Virus record (IMG/VR): IMGVR_UViG_3300032213_001381
Coordinates: 4,938-68,937 of that record
Source: a virus
Reading direction: 5' to 3' (one strand)
Length of the DNA: 64,000 bases
The notes beneath the pieces are model-generated. The model saw only the letters and a list, made by a program, of their open reading frames with translations. It made no database searches and had not been told where the DNA came from. Below are positions 19,298-28,706 of the stretch, in pieces. Within the stretch, counting starts at the first letter, position 1; each line of letters starts with the position of its first letter. Made by a program: the position numbers and the translations under genes.

Positions 19298-20893
19298 TTA
19301 CAATAACCAAGTTAGGTTTTCTTTTTTATCTGTAGTTTTTCCAACTGACATTTGCCATGCTTCTTTACTATTAATTGATTGTGCTTTATAAATGTTTTGA
19401 GAACCACCAATTCTTGTAATACCACCCAACATTGATCTATTTAAATCCATACTTTGTTGTCTTAACTTTAATGCTGTATCTCTTACCCATAATCCGATGC
19501 TCATTGCCATTACCAAGTCATCATTATAACCTTTCATTGCAGCTACTTTATTACCGTCCCAAATAAACACGGACAATTCATCCAAAAATCTAAGCGATCT
19601 TACTTCTACTGATCTTTCTCTAAAATAAGTTTCTAACTTTGAAATTAATAATGGTCTAGTTTTTTGACTATTAGTAAAGCCAGGAATCATCTTCTTTTCA
19701 TCTCTATTAACTTTATTCGTCAATTGTCTTTCTACGTCTACATATTGTAGATCTGCACTACTATAGAACGTATTTGGATATTGTCTATCTATTATTTGTT
19801 GTAAAACTGCCCAACCAATATTCGCATTTTCTACAATTAATAAAGCATTATTATAATCTGTTGCAACACTTACCAACATGTTACCATAATCTTTAGTACC
19901 AATTTGTCCTTTATATTCGGCAACTTGTGTCAATGACTCTACATCAATAACTTGAAATGCACTATAATCCGCACCATCACCTCTAGCAACGTCAGCACTA
20001 ACTATATAATTTCTACTATAATCTGGATATTCCCATATCCAATAACCATGATCCAATCCTCTCATTTCAATTGGATCTTTTACCTTGCTTTGTTTATAAA
20101 AATCAATTGTGGCAACATCAACAATTCCATTACCAGTAGTTGCAAAGTCACAATCACATTCTTGTGCTGCACCTTTTACACCTGATAGTTCGGTTTGTTT
20201 ATCTCTCCAAGCTTGATCTCTTTCAGGATGTAAATGCCATGGAAGTCTAATTGTATTAAATTTATTTTCCTTGGCTTCTGCCTTTACCCAAGTTTGATGA
20301 AAGAAATTACCAACACCATTTGGTGTACTTAACATGATTGCTCTACCACCAGTACTTAATGTATATTGAGCCGATAACCAAATTTCTTCAATGTTATCAA
20401 TGAATGCAGCTTCGTCAATAATCAACAATGACAATGCAGAAGAACGACCTGATGTACCGGCAGATGAAACAGCTTTAATTTGTGAACCATTTGTCAATCT
20501 TAAACTTAATCTGTTGTCTTCTTGTTCTTTTACTTTTAACCAAGAAGGAAGATTGTCATTCGCAAATCTTACACGGGTTACAATTTCTTTAGATGTTTCT
20601 TGATTAATACTAATACAAAGAACATTTTTATCTTTGTGAAATACCATTAACCACAAACTATATGCTGCGGTTAATGTACTAATACCCATTTGTCTAGACT
20701 TTAATATGATATTAAAATCATGTTCAACCAAGTCTGTTAAAGCTTCTTCTTGAAATGGATATAAATCAAAGTTTACAGTTCCACGAATAGGATGTTGAAT
20801 CTTAACATACTTTTTCATGAAGTAAATTGGATCTACAAGACATTTCTTATATTCCTCTTTAATTACTTCTTTAAGTGTTTTTGGTGTACTCAT
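19298..20893 (-). CDS. terL: Terminase large subunit (T4 gp17-like)
   Basis: LYPFQ Q-motif, KSRQMGIST, IIDEAAF Walker B, STPNG, nuclease DVARGDGADYS and NDDLVMA. Confidence 0.96.
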   Translation of the reverse strand: MSTPKTLKEVIKEEYKKCLVDPIYFMKKYVKIQHPIRGTVNFDLYPFQEEALTDLVEHDFNIILKSRQMGISTLTAAYSLWLMVFHKDKNVLCISINQETSKEIVTRVRFANDNLPSWLKVKEQEDNRLSLRLTNGSQIKAVSSAGTSGRSSALSLLIIDEAAFIDNIEEIWLSAQYTLSTGGRAIMLSTPNGVGNFFHQTWVKAEAKENKFNTIRLPWHLHPERDQAWRDKQTELSGVKGAAQECDCDFATTGNGIVDVATIDFYKQSKVKDPIEMRGLDHGYWIWEYPDYSRNYIVSADVARGDGADYSAFQVIDVESLTQVAEYKGQIGTKDYGNMLVSVATDYNNALLIVENANIGWAVLQQIIDRQYPNTFYSSADLQYVDVERQLTNKVNRDEKKMIPGFTNSQKTRPLLISKLETYFRERSVEVRSLRFLDELSVFIWDGNKVAAMKGYNDDLVMAMSIGLWVRDTALKLRQQSMDLNRSMLGGITRIGGSQNIYKAQSINSKEAWQMSVGKTTDKKENLTWLL

Positions 20894-21549
20894 TGATTTA
20901 ATTTATCCAAAACCATTTGTCTGGCTTTAGTTTCAATTTCAGAATTATAATTTAATTTGGCCAATTCTTCATTTGCCTTTGAAATATTTTCGTCAACATT
21001 TTTCAAATCTTCTTTTAGATCAGACAATACTTTTTGTATTTGATTTGTATTATCAGTCCAGAATTCTTGACTTCCATCTTCATTAAAAAATTGTAACTTT
21101 TCTTCTGGATTTTTTTCTAAATATTCAATACTATCAGTAATATTTTTCTTAAAATCTTTCATTTCAGAAAGCATACTATTATAGATTTTATATCGTTCAT
21201 AATCTGCATATACACCCAATGATTTCAATTTGCTATCAAATGAAATGCTACAATCATAACACTTGCCTGTTTTGGGATAAAATCTATCATCTAAATAATT
21301 GCCAAATTTCATATCTGCATTACAGATACTACATCTTTGATCAATTTTTATTTGTCCTAGTTTGGATACTTTTCTTTTGGTACCATTTTTCCAAACCCAT
21401 TTATTTCCTTGACCGTCTTCCCATTCTTCACCTTCTTTTCTTTTACTGTTATTCAAGTTAGGATCATAACCAACTTGAATAAATGGACGGTTTCCGTCAA
21501 CATAATCTTTAACTATGTCAAGATTGCTTTTTCCTGTTGCTCTTTTCAT
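20890..21549 (-). CDS. Zinc-finger protein coupled to terL
   Basis: CSIC and CYDC pairs plus a C-terminal coiled coil; ATGA overlaps on both sides. Confidence 0.65.
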   Translation of the reverse strand: MKRATGKSNLDIVKDYVDGNRPFIQVGYDPNLNNSKRKEGEEWEDGQGNKWVWKNGTKRKVSKLGQIKIDQRCSICNADMKFGNYLDDRFYPKTGKCYDCSISFDSKLKSLGVYADYERYKIYNSMLSEMKDFKKNITDSIEYLEKNPEEKLQFFNEDGSQEFWTDNTNQIQKVLSDLKEDLKNVDENISKANEELAKLNYNSEIETKARQMVLDKLNQ

Positions 21550-24518
21550 AACTTTACTTTTAATCTATCCAATTCCTTTTTGAAATCATCTAAGATTTCA
21601 GTTCTTTTGTTTTTATAACGAAAAGTATTACCTTTCACTAATTTAATTAGTTTTTCTAAAGTGTTAATGTCATTAAATGTTACACTTTTGCCAAATAAAA
21701 ATTCAGCAATATCATCCATGTCAGAATAAACAGTTTTTATATTTTGTTTTTCTTGTTTACCCTTTACATTTGTTATAACATCCGCACTTTGAAGACCTTT
21801 TTTCCAATTAAATTGATATCTCTTCATCTTATTTGGATCTTCGGTAGGTTCATAACTATGTGACATAATATTCATTAATAGAATATTTCTTAATGCGGCT
21901 TTATATTTTGATTCTGGTGCTCCAGATAAAGCCTTAATCATGAAATTTAAATCACCAATCATCAAATCAATTTGTACATATCCATCTTCATTTGGTATTG
22001 TTGTTGATTTTACTGAATTACCATTTTCATCTATGATAGGTACATTCAAGTGTAATTGATCTAATCCTGTATTTATTTTATAAGCTGGTGTTGGAACATT
22101 TGATGGAACATTTGCTTCTATATGTTGTTTTAATTTTTCATAAAACATCTTTTTATCATAATCATAATTGACACCAAGCAATTGATTTAATTGTTCTGTA
22201 GATACTGCAACATCAATATCCCCCAACACTGGTTTTGATTTATTTCCGATAATTTCATATTTCAATGAATCAAGATTCCATATTTTTAATCCATTTTTTA
22301 CAGTAGAATCTAAATATTGTTTTGGTAAATCACTGTTTGCAGCTACTGCATTGCCACCTTCAGTAATTAGAAATTCTTTCAATATATCATTGACGATTTT
22401 ATTTCCCAAATCAGCATGTTTTTTGATTTTATCAATAGATGCTTGAGTTTCTGGAGTAGTTGCTTTCTTTTCTTTCTTTGAATATTGTTCAATCATTTTT
22501 TCAGCATATTTGTCTTTTATAGCTTTGATAAATGATGCATAATCAAATCCTAAATCAGAAAGAATACCATTTGCATCAAGAGTTTTTGCAAATCCTAAAA
22601 CACCTGTAGTTAAATCTTTTAATTTAACATCCTGTGGATTTACACCACTATGTGCAGATAAATTTGGATCAACAACAGTAATCTTTTTATTAAATAATTC
22701 AGCCAAAAAGTCTGCCAAATCTCTTAAAAATGTACGAGGACTATTGGATATCAATTTATCTATAACATCTTTTCTTAACATTGGAGATACAATCTTACCA
22801 TCTTTAAATTTAGCTCTTACACCTGTATCACCAATTCTAATATTAAGAACTTCTGCCAATGCAGAATACATTCCACCCATTGTAAATCCTTTTATACCTC
22901 TTTCTGGAGTAAATCTAGTAGCAAACCAATCTTTATATATTTTTGTAGTATACAATAAATCTAATTGAACCCAAGTATCTTCTTCAATTTTAATTATAAT
23001 TTGTTTACCATCAGATCTCTTTGCACTTTCAATATCAATGTAATTTTGACCACTAGTTTCAATAAATTTAATTACATTCTTGATATATTCTTTCTTTATA
23101 TCAGCCCCATCATCTTTTGAATCAATTGGTATAACAACCATTACATCAATATCACCATAAGTTATTTGTTTTTTGTCATGTTGATCTTGTTTATAATAAC
23201 CAGCTGAACCCAATATTTGATAATCCTTAATTGGAGCCAACGGTATATTACTTAAAAACATATTCAAATCAGCTAAAAAATCTTTAAACTTTTCAGTTGA
23301 TTTTTCAATTGTGTCAGGTGATAAAACTGTCTTGGATGTAAGTTCTGGTTTTAACCAACCACCTTCATCGATAGGTTGTTTATGTGCAGCTCTATTTGCA
23401 GCGCTGAATTTGGAACGAGAAACATACTTAATATCACCTTCTGGATGGGAGAATACATAACCCTCACCTCCAGGTTCATTTCCTATATACGATTTAATTT
23501 CACTATCTTGATTGTCTATTTGATTGATGATTTCATCTTTTACAGACATTATTTCTACAACAACTTTCCATAAAGATTCAAATCCGTCACGATTACTACT
23601 AACATAATCAGTAATCTTCTTTTTCATTGCTCCTGTAAGACTACTTTGATCAATCCATTGTAGAAAATCATCACCGATATTCATTAATCCAGTATCAACT
23701 TTACTGTTCAAATATTTGTATAAAATATCGGAGAAATTAGTCATTTTCATGCTAGCTAATTTAGAAGGATTGATAAAATCATCTATATTTCTAGCATGTT
23801 TATTTATATAAAGTATAATATCTTTTAATCTTTTATCATTTACATCTGGTGGATTATTTACAGATATTGGAGGTATTACTAATAATTGTTTACCTTGAAA
23901 TACATTATAATTTGTAATTGCAGTTTCACTTCCAAAACTATCCACTTCTCTGTGAACTACAACTGCAGCTTTACTTTGCGCAATCTTTATTCCTAATTCA
24001 GAATTGATATCAACTGAATAAGTTACAATATTTGGCTTGAAAACATATCGTCCATTTTCAATTAATGGAGTATTAAAATATAACAAATCTCCCTTAAAAT
24101 AACCTCTAAATGTAGATGGAACTGCGGATTCAAATATTGAAAATGCATTTTTCATATTTTGAACGAAAAATCTATATTCGTCAGTTTTAACACTTTTACC
24201 TCTATTCAAAAACATTTGTTCCAATTCGTCCGGAGAAGTTGGTCTACCATTATAACCTTTGGCAACAAATCCACTTTTATCTGTCAATACGAATTTACCT
24301 TCGTCATTTCTACCAAATACAACTGCAGGAGAACCATCCCATTTCAATGTGACATTTTTATACCCCCCTTGTTCTAGTTCAATAAAACTTTTAATGGAAC
24401 GAATTGCTCCTTTTGATCCTTCCCAAAAAATTAAATCTTCGGCATGATCTATACGGGTTGATTCGTTTATCAATATATTAGATACCAAAAATTGTTCTAA
24501 ATTATTCAGCTTTATCAT
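21546..24518 (-). CDS. Three-domain protein: ligase-like nucleotidyltransferase plus two Pol-beta-superfamily nucleotidyltransferase domains
   Basis: Domain 1: KWDG, GDLL, GEGYV, IKYV. Domain 2: LGS...GDIDV...VQLDL. Domain 3: IGN...GDIDV...VQIDL. Domains are separated by LINE, IDE-GG and ITE-GG. Confidence 0.7.
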   Translation of the reverse strand: MIKLNNLEQFLVSNILINESTRIDHAEDLIFWEGSKGAIRSIKSFIELEQGGYKNVTLKWDGSPAVVFGRNDEGKFVLTDKSGFVAKGYNGRPTSPDELEQMFLNRGKSVKTDEYRFFVQNMKNAFSIFESAVPSTFRGYFKGDLLYFNTPLIENGRYVFKPNIVTYSVDINSELGIKIAQSKAAVVVHREVDSFGSETAITNYNVFQGKQLLVIPPISVNNPPDVNDKRLKDIILYINKHARNIDDFINPSKLASMKMTNFSDILYKYLNSKVDTGLMNIGDDFLQWIDQSSLTGAMKKKITDYVSSNRDGFESLWKVVVEIMSVKDEIINQIDNQDSEIKSYIGNEPGGEGYVFSHPEGDIKYVSRSKFSAANRAAHKQPIDEGGWLKPELTSKTVLSPDTIEKSTEKFKDFLADLNMFLSNIPLAPIKDYQILGSAGYYKQDQHDKKQITYGDIDVMVVIPIDSKDDGADIKKEYIKNVIKFIETSGQNYIDIESAKRSDGKQIIIKIEEDTWVQLDLLYTTKIYKDWFATRFTPERGIKGFTMGGMYSALAEVLNIRIGDTGVRAKFKDGKIVSPMLRKDVIDKLISNSPRTFLRDLADFLAELFNKKITVVDPNLSAHSGVNPQDVKLKDLTTGVLGFAKTLDANGILSDLGFDYASFIKAIKDKYAEKMIEQYSKKEKKATTPETQASIDKIKKHADLGNKIVNDILKEFLITEGGNAVAANSDLPKQYLDSTVKNGLKIWNLDSLKYEIIGNKSKPVLGDIDVAVSTEQLNQLLGVNYDYDKKMFYEKLKQHIEANVPSNVPTPAYKINTGLDQLHLNVPIIDENGNSVKSTTIPNEDGYVQIDLMIGDLNFMIKALSGAPESKYKAALRNILLMNIMSHSYEPTEDPNKMKRYQFNWKKGLQSADVITNVKGKQEKQNIKTVYSDMDDIAEFLFGKSVTFNDINTLEKLIKLVKGNTFRYKNKRTEILDDFKKELDRLKVKL

Positions 24519-25284
24519 ATGGTTTTAAAAATGTTTTATCAAATACAGTTATAGCTTTATTATATGAACGAGTTGTTTCATCCAACATATTATCAGTAAA
24601 TTGCCAGTTCCAAAATAATTCATTTGGTGTTTTGAATCCGAAAAATTGAAGTACTTCCTTTTGTGTTTCAGTTACATCTTTACCGTTCCAATTTTGTCCA
24701 GTTGCAATGAAACCCGCATCAATATCTTTTACTATATTTTTTTCTCCCAAATTACTGTGTCTATTTTCAATCCAAGTTAATCTTTCAATTAATTTTTGAT
24801 AATAACCATTTGCTTGTCCCCATCTTATACTAGCAAAAAATAAAACCGTATCACTTTCAAATAGTTCTTTACTTATTTTCCACAATTCATCATTCTTTTC
24901 ATTAATACTAGCCCAACAACGATGATATCCACTTGGATTTTTTTCCTTGTCTTTTAATAAAGCTTTTGCAGTTCCACAGTGATTGCCACCAAATTCTCTA
25001 TTGCTACTTACATTACCTTCACACGGAAATATATTTAGTTTGGTAGTGTCTATAAGAGTTACCTTTTCTTTACCCAATAAATCTTGAATTTTAGTAGCTA
25101 GTTGAGTACTCTTAGGCACATCTTCTTTATGTTGTGACCATCTATTACTGGTAGTCAATAATAGTACTTTATTCTTATTTCTTAAATAATCAATAGTTTT
25201 CTTATACTTTTTAGCATAAAAATCCATATCTTGTTCACTAGAAGGCAATTGTGCTTCTAATAATAAGTCAGTTAGCTTAATCAT
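24502..25284 (-). CDS. Flavodoxin-fold flavoprotein (NADPH-dependent FMN reductase / iron-sulfur flavoprotein family)
   Basis: VLLLTTSNR...KSTQLA, IFPCEG..HCG..RCW cysteines, SDTVLFFASIRWG...QKLIERL; MIKLTDLLLE leader. Confidence 0.7.
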   Translation of the reverse strand: MIKLTDLLLEAQLPSSEQDMDFYAKKYKKTIDYLRNKNKVLLLTTSNRWSQHKEDVPKSTQLATKIQDLLGKEKVTLIDTTKLNIFPCEGNVSSNREFGGNHCGTAKALLKDKEKNPSGYHRCWASINEKNDELWKISKELFESDTVLFFASIRWGQANGYYQKLIERLTWIENRHSNLGEKNIVKDIDAGFIATGQNWNGKDVTETQKEVLQFFGFKTPNELFWNWQFTDNMLDETTRSYNKAITVFDKTFLKPYDKAE

Positions 25285-25311
25285 CGTATAATATAAATAG
25301 ATTTAACAAAG

Positions 25312-25341
25312 AAAAAACCCCACTTATTTCTAAGTGGGGTT
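25312..25341 (-). terminator. Intrinsic terminator after the tail sheath gene
   Basis: AACCCCACTTA/TAAGTGGGGTT stem with a T-run on the minus strand. Confidence 0.85.
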
Positions 25342-25357
25342 CGTTGTTTAGCGTTGT

Positions 25358-28300
25358 TTAACCATTAGGGAAGGTTGCGCCTGTTGGTAGAATGTTGAAG
25401 TCAAGTACGATGAATTCAGCAGTCTTAGTTGGTTGTAGATAGATTTGTCCGTATAGGATGTTTCTATCAACCAAGTCAGGAGTATTATTTGTATCATCCA
25501 TTACAACTTGGAAAGCGTACAATCCGCTACGTTGTTGTACTGATTCCAAATATGGATTTACGATACTCAAGAAACGGTTTCTTGTAGCAGCTACATTTTG
25601 TTCAAATACCAAGAACTTACTGCTACTTGCAATAAACTTCTTGAGTGCGATTAACAATCTACGAACATTTACTCTGTCAAGAGCACTTGGTTGAATTTGA
25701 AGTGTCTTTTGACCCCATACACAGATACCTTGACCAGGGAATGCTGCGATTGGATTTACACGACCTTCATACAGTGTATCTCTTTCACTGTGAGTTGTTC
25801 TATCTAGAACTTGAACTGCTTGTGCGATTCCACCACGATTTAAACCGGCTGGTGCGAACCATTCAGCAGCAGCATTGTCATTAGCAGCATAAACTGCTGG
25901 CATTACTACTGATGGAGGTACACTTACAATCTTGTTCAAGTTTGTATCTAGAATCTTAACCCAAGGATAATATGTAGAAACATAACTACTATCTACTGTT
26001 GATACATCGTTTACTGCTGCATCAATCAATCCTACTGTTTGATTGCTTGATGGGAACACGATGTTATCCATGATGTAGAAAGTATCACCACGGGCTTCAC
26101 ACATATCTGTTACCAAGTCAGTAACATAACTATGTTGTTCGTGGAAAATACCAGGTGTTACGATCAAATTGATGTCAAATTCATCAGCATTTCCAAGAGC
26201 GCCTACACATTGTTTGTAAGCGATTGAACCTGCACTATTGATATTTGTACAATTCAAACCTTGAGTATTACCTGCGATAATATCAGATCCAACATTAATT
26301 GGAATTGCTGGAGATTGTCCATCAAATCCACCTTGGAAACCTACTACGAACTTACGCATCTTAACATATGTAGCTTCGTTAGTTGCATCATATGTTGATG
26401 GGATACTACCACTCAATGAAGCAGCAAGTAATGAACCAGTTCCCATGTAAGTTGAACTTGTTGATTCCAAATCAAATGCGATATTGTATCCTACAGTAGC
26501 ACCAAATGGTAGAGGAGCAAAATATTGTTCAGTATCAATCTTTACACCAGCATTTACTGAACTTGTTGGATATAGAGCAGTCAATTCTGCATCAGCACCA
26601 AGTGGAATATCACTCATTACTGTACCGGATGGATATTTACCAGGAGCCAATCCATAAATACTTGCTTTACTGTATTGTACTACTGAAACATAATTTCCGA
26701 TTGTACCTCCAAGTGGAGTAACATAAGCTTCGTTACCATATGGAACTGAAGATACTGGATATGGAACAGTATTCATTTCAATTCTGATATACTTACTCAA
26801 GTTTGTATAAGTACCGAATTCAATGATCTTACCAGCATAAGTAATGAAATTGTATCTATCACCAATTCTACGAGCAACAAAGTTTGAAGAATTTGGATCT
26901 AGATTCAAGTTTTGGAAGATTTCCAAATACTTAGGCTTCTTATCAGTATCACTATAAGCTCTTACTGCGAGTGTGAATGAACCCCAGTCACTTCCGGCGA
27001 CTGTACCAGCCAATTTAACATTGCTGATTTCAATCTTATATTGTTTATTTGTATTTGTACCATCACTTAAAGTGTGTGCTTTAAACAATTGATATTTTGT
27101 TACTGAACCTGGATTTGCATTACCACTCCAAGGAGCAATTCCTTGTGAAAGAATCCAAGGTGTTGATGCGTTTGTTAATCCATATTGAGAATCACCTGCA
27201 TTCAAGTTTGTTGAATATTGATCGGTAAACTTCAATACTTCTCCAGTTGCGAATGAACTAGATGGTAGATATGCACCATATATTTTCCAACCAGGATTTC
27301 CAGTATTCAATTCATCATTTATTTTTTGAATTGAATCTTCAAATGTTTTGTACAAATATGCTGCTTCAATCTTGGCACCAGCGACTTGATCGTCTTGATT
27401 ACCTACTGTTGCATTATTTCCAAATACATTTGTAATGTAATTTGAATCTGCTGGATTCAATGAGAAATCATAGTATCCAATCAAAGATGCATTTTGAGTT
27501 AATACCAATTGGAAATCACTCAATGATGTTGGATTTGTAGAACCACTATAAGGAGAAGCAGTTGTTGGTTTTTGAATCAATGATGAACCACTAAAGCCTG
27601 GAGCATTGAAACTACTATCCAATGTACCATATTGAGTATTTGCTAATACTGCTAATACTCTTGGTTTATTAGTTACTGCGGTTGGATTACATGGATCTGC
27701 TGGTGTAGTCCAGTTGGCATTAAATTCTCCTGAAATCTTACCAAATGAACCACTAATTACACCCTTAAGATAAATTTGTGCTCCACATCCAGTTGAAGAT
27801 CTTAAAGCATAAATACTACCACTTACTAGTGTAATATTTGTTCCTGACAAATTTCCATCGGAATTTACGATTGTTACACTATTTCCAAGTGATCCTGAGA
27901 AATTTGAAGTGGTTGATGTAGATTCTGCTATTGATTGTAACAATTTATCATTGTTTGTATAATAACTACTTCCTTGGTAGGATGATGTTATATATACACT
28001 AGCAAAAGTAAGATCCGATACTGTAAAACTATAAGTTTGACCGCTGTTATATAAACTTCCATTAGGTGAAATAACACTTAATGCGGTATTATCTGCAGCA
28101 GTAGAATTAAATTTTGCAGTAAATGTAGCACCAGATACAAATGTTAATGTTCCACCAGTACCACTTCCTGAAATATATGTAAATGTACTATTAATATTAG
28201 CAGTGTCATATGATACATATGATGATCCGCTGTTTAATGCACCAGCAGAACCGCTTCTTGGCCATGTACCTGGTTGTGCCCAGATCACAAATGGATTAAT

Positions 28301-28606
28301 TTGTCTATATCCAGTCAATGCACCCACACGACAAACAGTTACGAATCCTTTTTCATTCAAGTATTCTTTTGCGGTGTATGGACCATAGTAAACACCATCA
28401 GCAACACCGAACTTTTCTTCAAGATCGGCAGTGTTAGTGATTAATGTTGGTGCGAATCCAGGACCCTTTGGGAATGGAGCAAGTACTACTGCTCCAATTT
28501 CAGCAACACCTTGTGCTACTCCGCTTAGGTCATTTTCTCTTGTAAATACTCCTGGACTGACCAGACGGTCAACAGGACTAAATTTTCCTCCTTCAGTTAT
28601 TGGCAT
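25358..28606 (-). CDS. gp18: Contractile tail sheath protein (gp18-like) with large inserted domains
   Basis: SPGVFTREND, YYPWV, WFAPAGLNRG, WGQKTLQ, LDRVNVRRL and PTKTAEFI; SD AAGGA. Confidence 0.95.
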   Translation of the reverse strand: MPITEGGKFSPVDRLVSPGVFTRENDLSGVAQGVAEIGAVVLAPFPKGPGFAPTLITNTADLEEKFGVADGVYYGPYTAKEYLNEKGFVTVCRVGALTGYRQINPFVIWAQPGTWPRSGSAGALNSGSSYVSYDTANINSTFTYISGSGTGGTLTFVSGATFTAKFNSTAADNTALSVISPNGSLYNSGQTYSFTVSDLTFASVYITSSYQGSSYYTNNDKLLQSIAESTSTTSNFSGSLGNSVTIVNSDGNLSGTNITLVSGSIYALRSSTGCGAQIYLKGVISGSFGKISGEFNANWTTPADPCNPTAVTNKPRVLAVLANTQYGTLDSSFNAPGFSGSSLIQKPTTASPYSGSTNPTSLSDFQLVLTQNASLIGYYDFSLNPADSNYITNVFGNNATVGNQDDQVAGAKIEAAYLYKTFEDSIQKINDELNTGNPGWKIYGAYLPSSSFATGEVLKFTDQYSTNLNAGDSQYGLTNASTPWILSQGIAPWSGNANPGSVTKYQLFKAHTLSDGTNTNKQYKIEISNVKLAGTVAGSDWGSFTLAVRAYSDTDKKPKYLEIFQNLNLDPNSSNFVARRIGDRYNFITYAGKIIEFGTYTNLSKYIRIEMNTVPYPVSSVPYGNEAYVTPLGGTIGNYVSVVQYSKASIYGLAPGKYPSGTVMSDIPLGADAELTALYPTSSVNAGVKIDTEQYFAPLPFGATVGYNIAFDLESTSSTYMGTGSLLAASLSGSIPSTYDATNEATYVKMRKFVVGFQGGFDGQSPAIPINVGSDIIAGNTQGLNCTNINSAGSIAYKQCVGALGNADEFDINLIVTPGIFHEQHSYVTDLVTDMCEARGDTFYIMDNIVFPSSNQTVGLIDAAVNDVSTVDSSYVSTYYPWVKILDTNLNKIVSVPPSVVMPAVYAANDNAAAEWFAPAGLNRGGIAQAVQVLDRTTHSERDTLYEGRVNPIAAFPGQGICVWGQKTLQIQPSALDRVNVRRLLIALKKFIASSSKFLVFEQNVAATRNRFLSIVNPYLESVQQRSGLYAFQVVMDDTNNTPDLVDRNILYGQIYLQPTKTAEFIVLDFNILPTGATFPNG

Positions 28607-28706
28607 ATGTTAAATTCCTTTCAAATGTAGAAATTTTGATAAAAAAATCTAAATATAAATATTCTCAAAAAATTCAAGATGTTAATATTTATAAACAATT
28701 TTAAAA

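Noticed and set aside
21546-24518. Calling the NTase domains a CBASS cyclase or a toxin-antitoxin pair
   Set aside because: No Cap effector or HEPN partner is adjacent, and the visible motifs only support superfamily-level assignment.
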